From an uncultured Thermoleophilia bacterium (lineage in GTDB: Bacteria > Actinomycetota > Thermoleophilia > UBA2241), in assembly GCA_963784975.1 (NCBI GenBank), contig CAWAUK010000044.1:33523-97522 (forward strand): a stretch of DNA of 64,000 nucleotides, read 5' to 3'. The notes beneath the pieces are model-generated. The model saw only the letters and a list, made by a program, of their open reading frames with translations. It was not told the origin of the DNA and made no database searches. The position numbers and the translations under genes are program-made. Of this stretch, positions 34,882 to 46,586 are shown one piece after another. Positions within the stretch are counted from its first letter, which is position 1. Each line of letters starts with the position of its first letter.

Positions 34882-35238
34882 TTACTCGGCCTCTTCCTCT
34901 TCCTCGACCTCGACGGGGGCCTCTTCATCGACGACGACCTCTTCCTCGACGACGACCTCTTCCTCGACGTCGCCGGCCTCATCCTCGACCTCGGCGACCT
35001 CGACGGTCTCGGTTACCTCAGCCGCCGGCGCCGCCGCCGCGCTCGCGGGCCTCACGTTGGTGGCCTGCGGGCCCTTGCGGCCCTGCTCGACCTCATACTC
35101 GACGAGCATGTCCTTGTCGATCGCGGTGACGCCGTCGGCCAGGCCGGTGACGTGCACGAAGATGTCGTTGTCGTTCTCCTGCTCGATGAATCCGAAGGCC
35201 TTCTCGGTCGAGAACCACTTGACTTTACCCTGAGGCAC
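34882..35238 (-). CDS. cold-shock domain protein with acidic C-terminal tail
   Basis: GKVKWF, KAFGFI (RNP1), DIFVH (RNP2), KGPQATNV; AAGGAG RBS; ~100-nt leader after TACACT -10 (35347-35352). Confidence 0.9.
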   Translation of the reverse strand: MPQGKVKWFSTEKAFGFIEQENDNDIFVHVTGLADGVTAIDKDMLVEYEVEQGRKGPQATNVRPASAAAAPAAEVTETVEVAEVEDEAGDVEEEVVVEEEVVVDEEAPVEVEEEEEAE

Positions 35239-35431
35239 TTTGTTCTCCTTTTGATCTTGAAGCGCGTTCCGCCGGTGCTCGGTGGTGTGACGAGATGCGC
35301 TCCTTGTGCCGCTCGCGCCGTTCTCTGAGACGCAGAGCGTAGGGGTAGTGTACCCGCGTTTTCGGACCCTCGAAAGCCGGGCGCCGTGAGGCCGCGACCG
35401 CGCGGCCGCGAGGAGCCGCGCGCGGTCCCCT

Positions 35432-36028
35432 CTAGCAGCGCGTGACGACGAAGATGGCGATGCGCGCCACCAGGTTGGGGGCCACGAGGCGCGGCGGCGG
35501 AGGCTTCTCGACCGAACGCAGATACTGCTCGTGCTCGATGCAGAGGCCCTCCTCGCGGCAGAGCGCGCGGAAGTCCTGGATCGTGCAAAGGTGGATGTTG
35601 GGCGTGTCCCACCACTGATACGGCAGGTCGCGCGAGACGGGCATGCGCCCGCGCAGGAACAGCTGCGAGCGCGGGACCCAGTGGGCGAAGTTCGGGAAGC
35701 TCACGATGGCGAGGCGGCCGACGCGGACCATCTCGCGGACGATCATCCGCGGCCGGCGCAACTGCTGCAGGCTGAGGCTCAGGATCACGACGTCGTGCGA
35801 CTGGTCGTCGAAGTCGGCGAGACCGGCGTCGAGGTCGCCGTGGAAGACTGAGAGGCCGCGGCCGACACACTTCTCCACCGCGGCCTGGTCGATCTCCACC
35901 CCGCTGCCGCGCACGTGCTTCTCGGCGATGAGCTCACTGAGCAGCTCGCCGTCGCCGCAGGCGAGGTCGAGGACGGTCGAGCCGTCCGGCACGAGGTCCT
36001 GGATGAGCTTGTAGTCGATGCGGCGCAC
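35432..36028 (-). CDS. metW: methionine biosynthesis protein MetW
   Basis: VLDLACGDG, IVSFPNFAHW, GRMPVSRDLPYQWWDTPNIH; follows metX. Confidence 0.92.
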   Translation of the reverse strand: MRRIDYKLIQDLVPDGSTVLDLACGDGELLSELIAEKHVRGSGVEIDQAAVEKCVGRGLSVFHGDLDAGLADFDDQSHDVVILSLSLQQLRRPRMIVREMVRVGRLAIVSFPNFAHWVPRSQLFLRGRMPVSRDLPYQWWDTPNIHLCTIQDFRALCREEGLCIEHEQYLRSVEKPPPPRLVAPNLVARIAIFVVTRC

Positions 36029-36049
36029 GGTGCGTATCCTACGCTGCGG

Positions 36050-37276
36050 TCAGCCGGCCGGCGCAGCCGGGCCCGGCGGCGAGTACGTCCTGGCGCCGCT
36101 GGCCAGGAACGCGGCGATGATGCCTTCCATCTTCTCGCGCTCGAGCAGGAAGGCATCGTGGCCGTAGTGGCTCTCGACCTCGTAGTAGCTCACGTGCTTG
36201 TGGGTCGCGCGCAGCGCGCTGACGATCTCCTTGAGCTGGTAGGGCGGGTGCAGCCAGTCGCTGCTGAAGCCCATGACGAGGAACCGCGCCTTGACGTCGG
36301 CGAACGCCTTCACGAGCGTGCCGTGCTCCCGCGTGAGGTCGAAGTAGTCCAGCGCGCGCGTGATGTACAGGTAGGTGTTGGCGTCGAAGCGATTGGTGAA
36401 GCTCAGTCCCTGGTGGCGCAGGTAGCTCTCCACCTCGAAGTCGGCCGAGAACGTGAACGTGTAGTCGCGGATGTCCTGCAGACGGCGGCCGAACTTCTCC
36501 TCCATCGCCTCATCGCTGAGGTAGGTGATGTGCCCGACCATGCGCGCTACGCTCAGGCCCTTGGCCGGCGACTTGCCGCCGTAGTAGTGGCCACCGCGCC
36601 AGTTGGGGTCGGCCATGATCGCCTGGCGGCCGACCTCGTTGAAGGCGATCGCCTGGGTGGGCTGGCGCGCCGCCGTCGCCAGCGGTACGCAGAGATGGGT
36701 GCGACCCGGGTGAGACACCGCGAGCTCGAGCACCTGCATACCGCCCATCGAACCGCCGACCGCGGCCAGCAGCTTGCCGATGCCCAGGTGGTCGAGCAGC
36801 ATGACCTGCGCCTTCACCATGTCGGCGATGGTGATGATGGGGAAGTCGGTGCCGTAGGGCCGGCCCGTAGCGGGGTTCTCCGAGGCCGGCCCGGTGCTGC
36901 CGCTGCAGCCGCCGATCACGTTGGCGCAGATGACGAAGTACTTGTCGGTGTCCAGCCCCTTGCCCGGACCGATCATCATGTCCCACCAGCCGGGGCGCTT
37001 GTCGTTGGCGCTGTGGAGCCCGGCCACGTGAGCGTCGCCGGAGAGCGCGTGTGTGACGAGGACGGCGTTGTCCTTGCGCTCGCTCAGCGTGCCGTACGTC
37101 TCGTAGGCGAGCGTGAACGGCGCCAGCATGCCGCCCCCCTCGAGGGTGAGCTCCTGACCGGGCTGGTCGAACGTCACCCTGCGGGTGCGGACGACGCCGG
37201 CGTTGCCGGCGTCGTCGTCGTACCCCATGGCGACGTCGCCGATCTCCTTGCGGGCTGCGGGCTTCTTCTCGGTCAT
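36050..37276 (-). CDS. metX: homoserine O-acetyltransferase
   Basis: HALSGDAH, GWWDMMIGPG, GGSMGGM, FDANTY, GHDAFLLE. Confidence 0.95.
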   Translation of the reverse strand: MTEKKPAARKEIGDVAMGYDDDAGNAGVVRTRRVTFDQPGQELTLEGGGMLAPFTLAYETYGTLSERKDNAVLVTHALSGDAHVAGLHSANDKRPGWWDMMIGPGKGLDTDKYFVICANVIGGCSGSTGPASENPATGRPYGTDFPIITIADMVKAQVMLLDHLGIGKLLAAVGGSMGGMQVLELAVSHPGRTHLCVPLATAARQPTQAIAFNEVGRQAIMADPNWRGGHYYGGKSPAKGLSVARMVGHITYLSDEAMEEKFGRRLQDIRDYTFTFSADFEVESYLRHQGLSFTNRFDANTYLYITRALDYFDLTREHGTLVKAFADVKARFLVMGFSSDWLHPPYQLKEIVSALRATHKHVSYYEVESHYGHDAFLLEREKMEGIIAAFLASGARTYSPPGPAAPAG

Positions 37277-37385
37277 GGCTCCGATGATTCTAGCGAACGC
37301 GGGCGCGTCGCGGGCGAACGCCGCTACGGGGCGGAGGTGTCGTCGACCTCCGCCCCGCCGCGGCCGCGCCCGCGATGTGCGCCCG

Positions 37386-39159
<1,774 letters not shown>

Positions 39160-39179
39160 GTCACTCCCGTGGACGCCTC

Positions 39180-39204
39180 TAATTCCTACTTCTCACTAGG
39201 ATTA
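39180..39204 (-). promoter_or_regulatory. candidate Rrf2/CymR operator
   Basis: AT-rich imperfect palindrome TAATCCTA-N8-TAGGAATTA (minus strand) directly upstream of the Rrf2 gene. Confidence 0.6.
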
Positions 39205-39305
39205 TGGAGTTTATGAGCCGGGCCGACGCTTGTCAAACGCCGTTTCCACCGGCTGTCCGAACGCGCCGGACGCGACCGAGTGGCGCGCCTGCTACGATGG
39301 CCGGC

Positions 39306-40232
39306 ATGACGACGCCCGCCGATCAGGCCGCCGACCCGCGCGTGCGGGAGACGCTGCGACGCGAGGTGCCCGGCCTCGAGGAGGCCGTCCCTCTCGCGTC
39401 GTTCACCGCCTACGGCGTCGGCGGCCCGGCCGAGTTCCTGGTGTGCGCCGGCACCACCGGCGTGCTCGTGCACGCCGTGCTCACGGCGCGCGAACTCGGC
39501 GTCCCGGTCACGGTGCTGGGGCGCTGCACCAACGTGCTCGTCGGCGACGCCGGCGTGGCCGGACTCACCGTGCTCGCTCGCAACGACGGCACCACGCTGC
39601 ACGGCGACGTCCTGCGCGCGGAGGCCGGTGTGGAACTGCCCGGCCTGGTGGCCGACCTTGCCGGGCAGGGACTCGCCGGCCTCACTTTCGCCGCCAACAT
39701 CCCCGGGTCGGTCGGCGGCGCGATCGTCGGCAACGCCGGCGCGTACGGCGAGTCGGTGAGCGACTGCCTCCTCGACATCCACCTGCTGGAAGAGGGCAAG
39801 GAGCTCGTCGTCGAACCAGATCGCCTCGACTTCGGCTACCGCACCTCGCTGCTCAAGTCGCGGCGCGACCTCGTCGTCCTCTCCGCCTCGTTCCAGCTCC
39901 ACGACGGCCTCCGCCACGACTTGCTGCGGCGCATCGACGACGACGCCGCGCTGCGCAAGAGCAAGCATCCGCTCGAGTACGCCAGCTGCGGCAGCTACTT
40001 CAAGAATCCTTCGCGCGAGCTGCCGGCGGCCCGCCTCATCGAGGACGCCGGTCTCAAAGGCCTGCGGGTCGGCCACGCACACGTGAGCGAGAAGCACGCC
40101 AACTTCCTCGTCGCCGAGCCGGGCGCGACCGCGGGGGACATCACGGCGCTCGCGGCCGAGGTGGTCCGTCGCGTCCGCGAGAACAGCGGCTACGAGCTGG
40201 CCGAAGAGGTCCGCCGCCTCGGCTTCGCCTGA
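39306..40232 (+). CDS. murB: UDP-N-acetylmuramate dehydrogenase
   Basis: GVGGPA, IPGSVGGAIVGNAGAYG, FGYRTS, SCGSYFKNP, SEKHANF. Confidence 0.95.
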   Translation: MTTPADQAADPRVRETLRREVPGLEEAVPLASFTAYGVGGPAEFLVCAGTTGVLVHAVLTARELGVPVTVLGRCTNVLVGDAGVAGLTVLARNDGTTLHGDVLRAEAGVELPGLVADLAGQGLAGLTFAANIPGSVGGAIVGNAGAYGESVSDCLLDIHLLEEGKELVVEPDRLDFGYRTSLLKSRRDLVVLSASFQLHDGLRHDLLRRIDDDAALRKSKHPLEYASCGSYFKNPSRELPAARLIEDAGLKGLRVGHAHVSEKHANFLVAEPGATAGDITALAAEVVRRVRENSGYELAEEVRRLGFA

Positions 40233-40301
40233 CGGCGGCGTCTCTCCCGGCCGGCCGGGCGGACCGGCCGCCGCGCTATACTTCTTGCGTCCGGCGCGTG
40301 C

Positions 40302-40326
40302 GAACCCGCCCGGCGGCACGAGCGTC
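40302..40326 (+). promoter_or_regulatory. candidate ECF autoregulatory promoter
   Basis: GAAC-N17-CGTC; a TATACT -10 lies upstream at 40277-40282. Confidence 0.5.
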
Positions 40327-40346
40327 TCTCACCCAGGAGGAAGGCA

Positions 40347-40883
40347 ATAGAGGAACTGCCGCACGGTCTCGTGGACCGCTTGCGAAGGGGGCAGCCCGAG
40401 GCGCGCGCCGAGCTCTTCCGGCGGTACGCGCCCCAGGTGCGGCGCATCCTCTACCTCCAGGGGTTCTGTGAGGAGGTCGACGACGCCGTGCAAGAAGTGT
40501 TCATCAAGGTCTACCGGGCCGAGATCCCTCGCGAGGAAGTGTTTCTCGCGTGGTTCTACCGGGTCATCCTCAACACCGGCCGCGACCACGGCCGGCGACG
40601 CAAGACGAGGTACGGCCTGATGGACAAGCTGCAGCAGATCGCGCCGGAGGCGACGGCGGACCCGCCGTCGGAGCCGGCCGACCCGGCGCTGCGCGCCGCG
40701 CTGGCCACGCTGCCCGACGAGCTGCGCGAGTGCGTGGCACTACGCTTCTTCGCCGACCTCCCGCTGGACGAGATCGCCAAGGCACAGGACATCCCTGTGG
40801 GCACGGTCAAGTCGCGCCTCCACGGTGCGGCGAAGAAGCTGAAGGCCGCCCTCCTGGAGGGCGGCTATGTTCGCGAGAGCTGA
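40347..40883 (+). CDS. ECF-family RNA polymerase sigma factor (probable ATA start; alternative GTG at 40371)
   Basis: DDAVQEVF, FLAWFYRV, EIAKAQDIPVGTVKSRLH. Confidence 0.9.
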   Translation: MEELPHGLVDRLRRGQPEARAELFRRYAPQVRRILYLQGFCEEVDDAVQEVFIKVYRAEIPREEVFLAWFYRVILNTGRDHGRRRKTRYGLMDKLQQIAPEATADPPSEPADPALRAALATLPDELRECVALRFFADLPLDEIAKAQDIPVGTVKSRLHGAAKKLKAALLEGGYVRES

Positions 40884-40902
40884 CGACGAGACGTGACGAC
40901 TG

Positions 40903-41865
40903 ATGACTGACGAACGCATCGACGACGGTAGGCAGCCGGGTGGCGGCTTCGACGACGACCGCCTGCTGGCGCTCGCGCTCGGGCTCGACGACGACCCCGG
41001 ACTGCTGGCGGCCGCCGAGAGCGACGCGGAGCTGGCCGGACGGCTGGCGACGATGCGCGCCGACGTCGCCCGCATCGGCGCACAGGTCGGCGCGGCGGTG
41101 CCGGCGCCGGACGCCGGCTACACCGACCTGTCCGGCGACCGCTGGAGCGGCCTCAAGGAGTACTTCGAGCCGGCGGCGAGCGGCGTCGCGCCGCGCCGCG
41201 AGCGCCACTGGTGGCGCCTCCTCGTGCCCGTCGCGGCGCTCATCGTGCTTGCCCTGGCCGTCGGCATCGTCGCGGTGAACCGGGGCGGACGGATTCTATC
41301 CACCTCGAGCGGCTCGTCGTCCGAGGTCGCCCGCTCTAGCAGCGGCGCCGGCCAGCCCGTCAGCGGCCAGACCACCGACTCCGGCAAGACCGCGCAGGAC
41401 ACGGCGGCGGAGCAGTTCGCCGAGCAGCTGGATCGCTTCGCGGTCGTCGTGCTCGCGCGTGCCCGCGCGGCTACGGGCGCTTTGCAGAAGTTCGCCGTCC
41501 TGCGCATCTTCAAGGGCGAGGCGCCCAAGGTGGTGCAGCTCGAGGTGGACGGGCAGCCGGCGGACCAGGGACGCCTGCATCTGCTCATGCTCGACCCCGT
41601 CGCCGCGGCCGACAACGAACTCTCGTCTCCCGCGCCCTCGTCGCTGTTCTCGTCCCCTCCCGCATCGCCACCGGGATCGCCGTTCGCATCGCCGGAGTCG
41701 ACGGGATCCCCGATCGCGCCGATGCTCGAGCCGTCGCCGGCGTACTTCGAGACCGCCGTGGGCCAGCCCCTTGCCGTTGCCTACACGTACCACGGCGAGC
41801 CGACCATGGTGCGCGAGTTCGCCGCCGGTACCGACCCGGACAGCGTCACGCTGCTCATTCCCTGA
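40903..41865 (+). CDS. putative single-pass membrane anti-sigma factor
   Basis: Directly downstream of the ECF sigma; short cytoplasmic N-domain, one TM helix, Ser/Pro-rich extracellular part. Confidence 0.55.
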   Translation: MTDERIDDGRQPGGGFDDDRLLALALGLDDDPGLLAAAESDAELAGRLATMRADVARIGAQVGAAVPAPDAGYTDLSGDRWSGLKEYFEPAASGVAPRRERHWWRLLVPVAALIVLALAVGIVAVNRGGRILSTSSGSSSEVARSSSGAGQPVSGQTTDSGKTAQDTAAEQFAEQLDRFAVVVLARARAATGALQKFAVLRIFKGEAPKVVQLEVDGQPADQGRLHLLMLDPVAAADNELSSPAPSSLFSSPPASPPGSPFASPESTGSPIAPMLEPSPAYFETAVGQPLAVAYTYHGEPTMVREFAAGTDPDSVTLLIP

Positions 41866-41912
41866 GCGGCGGCGCCCGCCGGCCGGCCGCCGGGCGCGTG
41901 TATGATGCGGCG

Positions 41913-42574
41913 ATGGACAACGGTACTTCCTCGGGACCTTCCGTCCCGCGACGCTACTTCCGTGACGCCAAGCCGGCGTTCCTGCAGCTGATCGACCCGC
42001 GCGGACTGCGCGTGCTCGATCTCGGCTGCGGCGGCGGGCACAACGGCGAACTCCTCAAGAAGGCCGGCGCGCGCGAGGTCGTGGGCGTCGAGCTCGACCC
42101 CGGGGCGGCCAGCGAGGCGCGCAAGCGGCTGGACCGGGTCGTCGAGTGCGACCTCGGGGAGCTCGATCCGGCGGACCTGGGGGACGAGCTGTTCGACGCG
42201 ATCCTCGCCAGCGACGTGCTCGAGCACCTGTACGACGCTGAGGCGTGCTCGCCCGGGCGGTCACGCGACTGCGCCCGGGCGGCGCCGTCGTCATCTCGCT
42301 GCCCAACATCTCCAACGTCTACGTCTTCTCGCAGCTGCTGCTCAAGACCTGGCCGCGGCGCAGCTCGGGGATCTTCGACCGCACGCACGTGCGCTTCTTC
42401 GCCAGGCGCGACATGGTCCGGCTGCTGCAGGGCGCGGGCCTGCGCGTGCTCCGCGTCGAGCCGTACTTCACCCGCTACCGGGCGATCAGGACGGCGTCGT
42501 TGATCCTGTCCCTGTACGTCTTCCGCGACTACTGGGCGAGGCAGTTCCTGCTGCTCGCCGTCAAGCCGGACTGA
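41913..42574 (+). CDS. class I SAM-dependent methyltransferase, frameshifted near 42250
   Basis: RVLDLGCGGG, DVLEHL, then LRPGG..ISLPN, GIFDRTHVRFF. Confidence 0.8.
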
Positions 42575-42593
42575 CCTGACCGCAGGAGGCCTC

Positions 42594-43412
42594 GTGACCG
42601 GATCGACCAGCGAACCCGGGTCGACTGAGGGGGCACCGCCGGCGCACCCTCTCCTGCTGGACGGCAAGCACTTCCTCGTGACCGGCGCCGCCAACTCGCG
42701 CTCGATCGCCTGGGCGGTGGCCAAGGCGGTCAAGCGCCACGGCGGCGCCGTCGCGCTGACGTATCAGGCGGAGCGTCTGAAGCGGCGCGTGGAGCAGCTC
42801 GCCGACGAGCTGGGCGGCGCGCCGATGATAGAGCTCGACGTGGGCAGCGACGCGGCGGTGAAGCGCGCCGTCGACGAGCTGCAGGAGCAGATGCCGGTGC
42901 TCGACGGCCTCGTGCACAGCATCGCCTGGGCCCCGGCGCACGACCTGCAGGGCAGCTTCGTCGAGACGACGCGCGACGGCTTCGCCCAGGCGAACGACAT
43001 CAGCTCGTACTCGCTGATCGCGACCGCACGGGAGGCGCGCCGCCTCATGACGCGGGGCGGCGCGATCGTCACCATGACGTACGCCGGCTCCTGGCGGGTC
43101 GTGCCCAACTACAACGTCATGGGACCCGCCAAGGCGTCGCTCGAGAGCGCCGTGCGCTACCTGGCGGCGGACCTGGGGCCGGAGGGGATCCGCGTGAACG
43201 CGGTGTCCGCCGGCCCGATCGCCACCGTGGCGGCGCGCACGATCAAGGACTTCAGCGGCATGCTCGAGCTGCTCGAGAGCCACACGCCGCTGCGCCGCAA
43301 CGTCACCAGCGAAGAGGTCGCCGACGCCACGGTGTTCCTGCTCAGCGACCTCAGCCGGGCGATCACCGGCGAGGTCGTCCACGTGGACGCCGGAGCTCAC
43401 GCGACGATCTGA
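42594..43412 (+). CDS. fabI: enoyl-ACP reductase
   Basis: GAANSRSIAW, DISSYSL, YNVMGPAKASLE, RVNAVSAGPI. Confidence 0.93.
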   Translation: MTGSTSEPGSTEGAPPAHPLLLDGKHFLVTGAANSRSIAWAVAKAVKRHGGAVALTYQAERLKRRVEQLADELGGAPMIELDVGSDAAVKRAVDELQEQMPVLDGLVHSIAWAPAHDLQGSFVETTRDGFAQANDISSYSLIATAREARRLMTRGGAIVTMTYAGSWRVVPNYNVMGPAKASLESAVRYLAADLGPEGIRVNAVSAGPIATVAARTIKDFSGMLELLESHTPLRRNVTSEEVADATVFLLSDLSRAITGEVVHVDAGAHATI

Positions 43413-43488
43413 GGCCCGCACGTCAAGAGCGCCGCAGAGCACCGTCGCCGCCCGTCGACGACACTTCCCATAAGGTAGTATCGAGGCA

Positions 43489-44249
43489 ATGATCGCGTAC
43501 GTCGCCAGGGAGCTCGATACCGGCAGGACGCTCAGCGCCCATGAAGACGTACAGCTTCCCTCGTACTCCACTATCAAAGTGCTGCTCGCCGCCTCGTTCT
43601 GGCGCATGGTCGCGCGCGGCGAGATCGACGAGGCGCAGCCCGTCGTCTGCACACCGGGCGCCTGCGTCGGCGGGAGCGGCGTGCTCCGCGGCCTGCGGCA
43701 CGCCGCGACACTCAGCACTCGCCGACATCGTGCATCTTGCGCTCGTGGTCAGCGACAACGACGCGACCAACATCGTCGCAGAGGCGGTCGGCCTCGAGCG
43801 CGTCAACGCGCTCGCCGACGAGCTGGGGCTGACTCAGACACGGATGCAGCGTTTGATGATGGACCAGGAGGCGGTGGCGGCCGGCCGCGAGAACTACACC
43901 TCGGCCGGCGACCTGGCACGGCTGCTCGAGGAGCTCGCCTGCGGTGACGACGCTCGAGCCGATCGTCGGCGAGCGGGTGCTGGCGTCGCTCGAGCTGCAG
44001 GAGCACCTCGACGGCATCGCCCGCTACCTGCCGCCTGACGCGGTCTACGCCGGCAAGTGCGGCGACGACTCGCCGGTGGGCCGGTACGCGCACGACTGCG
44101 CGCTGGTGCGCACGGGAGACCGGCGAGCGGTGCTCGTCGTGATGACGCGCGACTCCGGCGGGTTCGAGACGGTCGCGCGCACCGGGGCCGCTCTGTACGC
44201 GGCGCTCGGCGAAGCCCCTGCGCCGCACCGGCGCGGGAGCGACGCGTAG
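43489..44249 (+). CDS. serine hydrolase of class A beta-lactamase family, frameshifted near 43715 and 43945
   Basis: STIK (SxxK), VSDNDATN, AGKCG, HDCA across three frames; no signal peptide. Confidence 0.75.
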
Positions 44250-44300
44250 ACCGCGCCGGCGCGTCCGCCCCGTCCGGGCCGCCCGGCCCAGCCTCCCGCG

Positions 44301-45326
44301 TCAGGCGGTCGGCCACACCCCCAGCCCCGGCGCTTCCGACGCGGTGAGCAGGTCGCCGTCCACGCCGATGCCCGTGAACGGGTCATCGGCCAGCAGCAGC
44401 GCCCCGTCGAGGTCGACGTAGTCGGCCAGCCCGGCGAGCTGCAGCGCCGCGGCGATGCCCAGGCTCGACTCGACCATGCAGCCGATGAGCACGCGCAGGC
44501 CGAGCTCGGTGCACGCCGAGATGAGGGCGAAGGCGCTGGCGATGCCGCCGGCCTTGGCCAGCTTGACCACGACGCCGTCGTAGGCCTCGTTCACGGCGTC
44601 GAGGTCGTCGATCGTCAGCACCGCCTCGTCGGCGAGCAGCGGGATGTGCGTGCGCTCCTTGAGCCAGGCCATGCCCTCGGTGTCCGAGGCCGGCAGCGGC
44701 TGCTCGACGAGCTCGGCGTCGAGGTCCTCGAGGATCGCGAGGGCAGACGCCGCCCGCTCGCGGTCCCACCCCTCGTTGGCGTCGTAGCGGAACGTCGTCT
44801 CCGGAAGATCCAGCTTGAGACGGCGCGCCAGGTCGAGGTCGCCGTCGAACCCGAGCTTGACCTTGAGCGTGCCGAACGCGGAGGCGGCGCGCGCCTGCGC
44901 CAGCATCTCCTCGGGCGCGCCGATGGCGATGGTGTACGAGGTCCGGACCGACGGCCGGGCGAGCCCGAGCATCCGCCAGACGGGCTCGCCGGCCTGCTGG
45001 CCGGCGAGGTCCCAGGCGGCGGCGCTGAGGCCGGCCCGCAGGGCCGGCACGCCCGCCGCCGCCAGCCCGTCGCAGAACACCTCGACGCCCGCCGGCCCCT
45101 CGAGGTCGGCGATGTCGGGCGCGAGATCGGCGAGCAGGTCCATGTCGCGCTCGCGCTCCTCTCCGTACCGGGCGTTCGGAGCGCCTTCGCCCATCCCTAC
45201 CAGGTCGCCGTCGCGCAGTTCGACCACGAAGCGGGCGAACTCGCTGTGCGTCCAGCGGGAGATGCCGAACGGGGCGGCGGTGCGCAGGTCGAAGGGACGT
45301 GTGGAGACGAATGCCATGGCCGTCAT
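44301..45326 (-). CDS. dipeptide epimerase (L-Ala-D/L-Glu epimerase family, enolase superfamily)
   Basis: LKVKLG, DANEGW, EQP, ADE, KLAKAGG, GCMVES, DLDG. Confidence 0.88.
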   Translation of the reverse strand: MTAMAFVSTRPFDLRTAAPFGISRWTHSEFARFVVELRDGDLVGMGEGAPNARYGEERERDMDLLADLAPDIADLEGPAGVEVFCDGLAAAGVPALRAGLSAAAWDLAGQQAGEPVWRMLGLARPSVRTSYTIAIGAPEEMLAQARAASAFGTLKVKLGFDGDLDLARRLKLDLPETTFRYDANEGWDRERAASALAILEDLDAELVEQPLPASDTEGMAWLKERTHIPLLADEAVLTIDDLDAVNEAYDGVVVKLAKAGGIASAFALISACTELGLRVLIGCMVESSLGIAAALQLAGLADYVDLDGALLLADDPFTGIGVDGDLLTASEAPGLGVWPTA

Positions 45327-45448
45327 CCTTCCCCGGCGACCCGGAAGACGCTGTCGAAGCAGTCGTCGAAGTTGTACGGGCGCGCCTGGGGCCCGAGGAG
45401 CTCGAGGGCGCGCATGAGAGCGGCGGGCGTGAGCGGGTCTGTGCGCAT
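45323..45448 (-). CDS. small 41-aa hypothetical protein (below ORF-track cutoff)
   Basis: AGGTGA RBS, MRTDPLTPAALMRALELLGPQARPYNFDDCFDSVFRVAGEG, high GC3, TGA overlaps the epimerase ATG. Confidence 0.55.
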   Translation of the reverse strand: MRTDPLTPAALMRALELLGPQARPYNFDDCFDSVFRVAGEG

Positions 45449-45485
45449 GTCACCTGCATACCAGCCTGTCGCGCGCGGGTCAAAG

Positions 45486-45537
45486 GAAGGCGCCGTCTGT
45501 CACCCCACGTCCGAAGGCGCCTGTCTGTCACCCCACG
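45486..45537. repeat. 24/25-bp direct repeat in divergent promoter region
   Basis: GAAGGCGCC(T)GTCTGTCACCCCACG at 45486-45509 and 45513-45537. Confidence 0.85.
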
Positions 45538-45568
45538 AGGCCGCAAGCGTGCTATACACTGGCGAGGC

Positions 45569-46586
45569 ATGGGTGCTGTGGGTAACACGCTTCTCCGGCT
45601 CACCGATCTCACCGTGGACTTCGCGTCACAGGAGGGCACGGTGCACGCGGTGAACCGCGTCAGCTTTCGACGTGGCGCCCGGCGAGCTGGTCGGGCTCGT
45701 CGGCGAGAGCGGCTGCGGCAAGAGCGTCACCGCCAGCGCCATCATCGGCCTCACCGGCATGGTGCCCAACGCCACCGTGAGCGGCGGCGTCGAGTTCCTC
45801 GGCCGAGACCTGCTCGCGATGGCCGAGTCCGACGTCCGCGCCATCCGTGGTCGTGACATCTCCATGATCTTCCAGGACCCGGTCACCAGCCTGAACCCGG
45901 TGCTCACCATCGAGCGGCTCATGACCGAGGGCCTCGAGCTCCACCTCGGTCTCAGCCACGGCGACGCCGTCAAGCGCTCCATCGAGCTGCTCGGCGAGGT
46001 CGGCATCCCCAAGGCGGCCAACCGCATCAAGGACTACCCGCACCAGTTCAGCGGGGGCATGCGCCAGCGCGTGATGATCGCGATCGCGATCTCCTGCAGC
46101 CCCAAGCTGCTCCTGGCCGACGAGCCGACTACCGCGCTGGACGTGACCATCCAGGCGCAGATCCTGCGCCTGCTCAAGAAGCTCGCGCGCGAGCACGAGG
46201 CGGCGGTGATCGTCATCACCCACGACCTCGGCGTCGTCGCCGGCATGTGCCAGCGCATCCTCGTGATGTACGCGGGGCGCATCGTCGAGAGCGGGCCGGC
46301 CAAGCCGCTCTTCGCGCACCCGCACCACCCGTACACGATCGGGCTGCTCAAGAGCGTGCCGCGGCTCAACGAGCCGCGGGCCGAGACCCTGCAGACCATC
46401 GCCGGACTGCCGCCCGACCTCGCCCATCTGCCGCCGGGCTGCTCCTTTGCGCCACGATGCTACCTGGCCACGGACGAGTGCTGGGCGGCCGGCCCGGAGC
46501 TCGAGCCTACCGACCACGGCCGCCTCTCGGCCTGCTTCCACGCGGGCCAGCTGCGTGAGGACGCGGCGGCGGGGGTGACTGCGTGA
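45569..46586 (+). CDS. oppD: oligopeptide/dipeptide ABC ATP-binding protein, frameshifted near 45665
   Basis: [15 protein letters not shown]...[35 protein letters not shown]. Confidence 0.9.

Noticed and set aside
43489-44249. Antibiotic-resistance beta-lactamase
   Set aside because: No signal peptide, KCG motif and a peptide-salvage context; more likely a peptidase or esterase of the same fold.
45486-45537. CRISPR-like repeat
   Set aside because: Only two copies with a 3-nt gap, no spacers and no cas genes.
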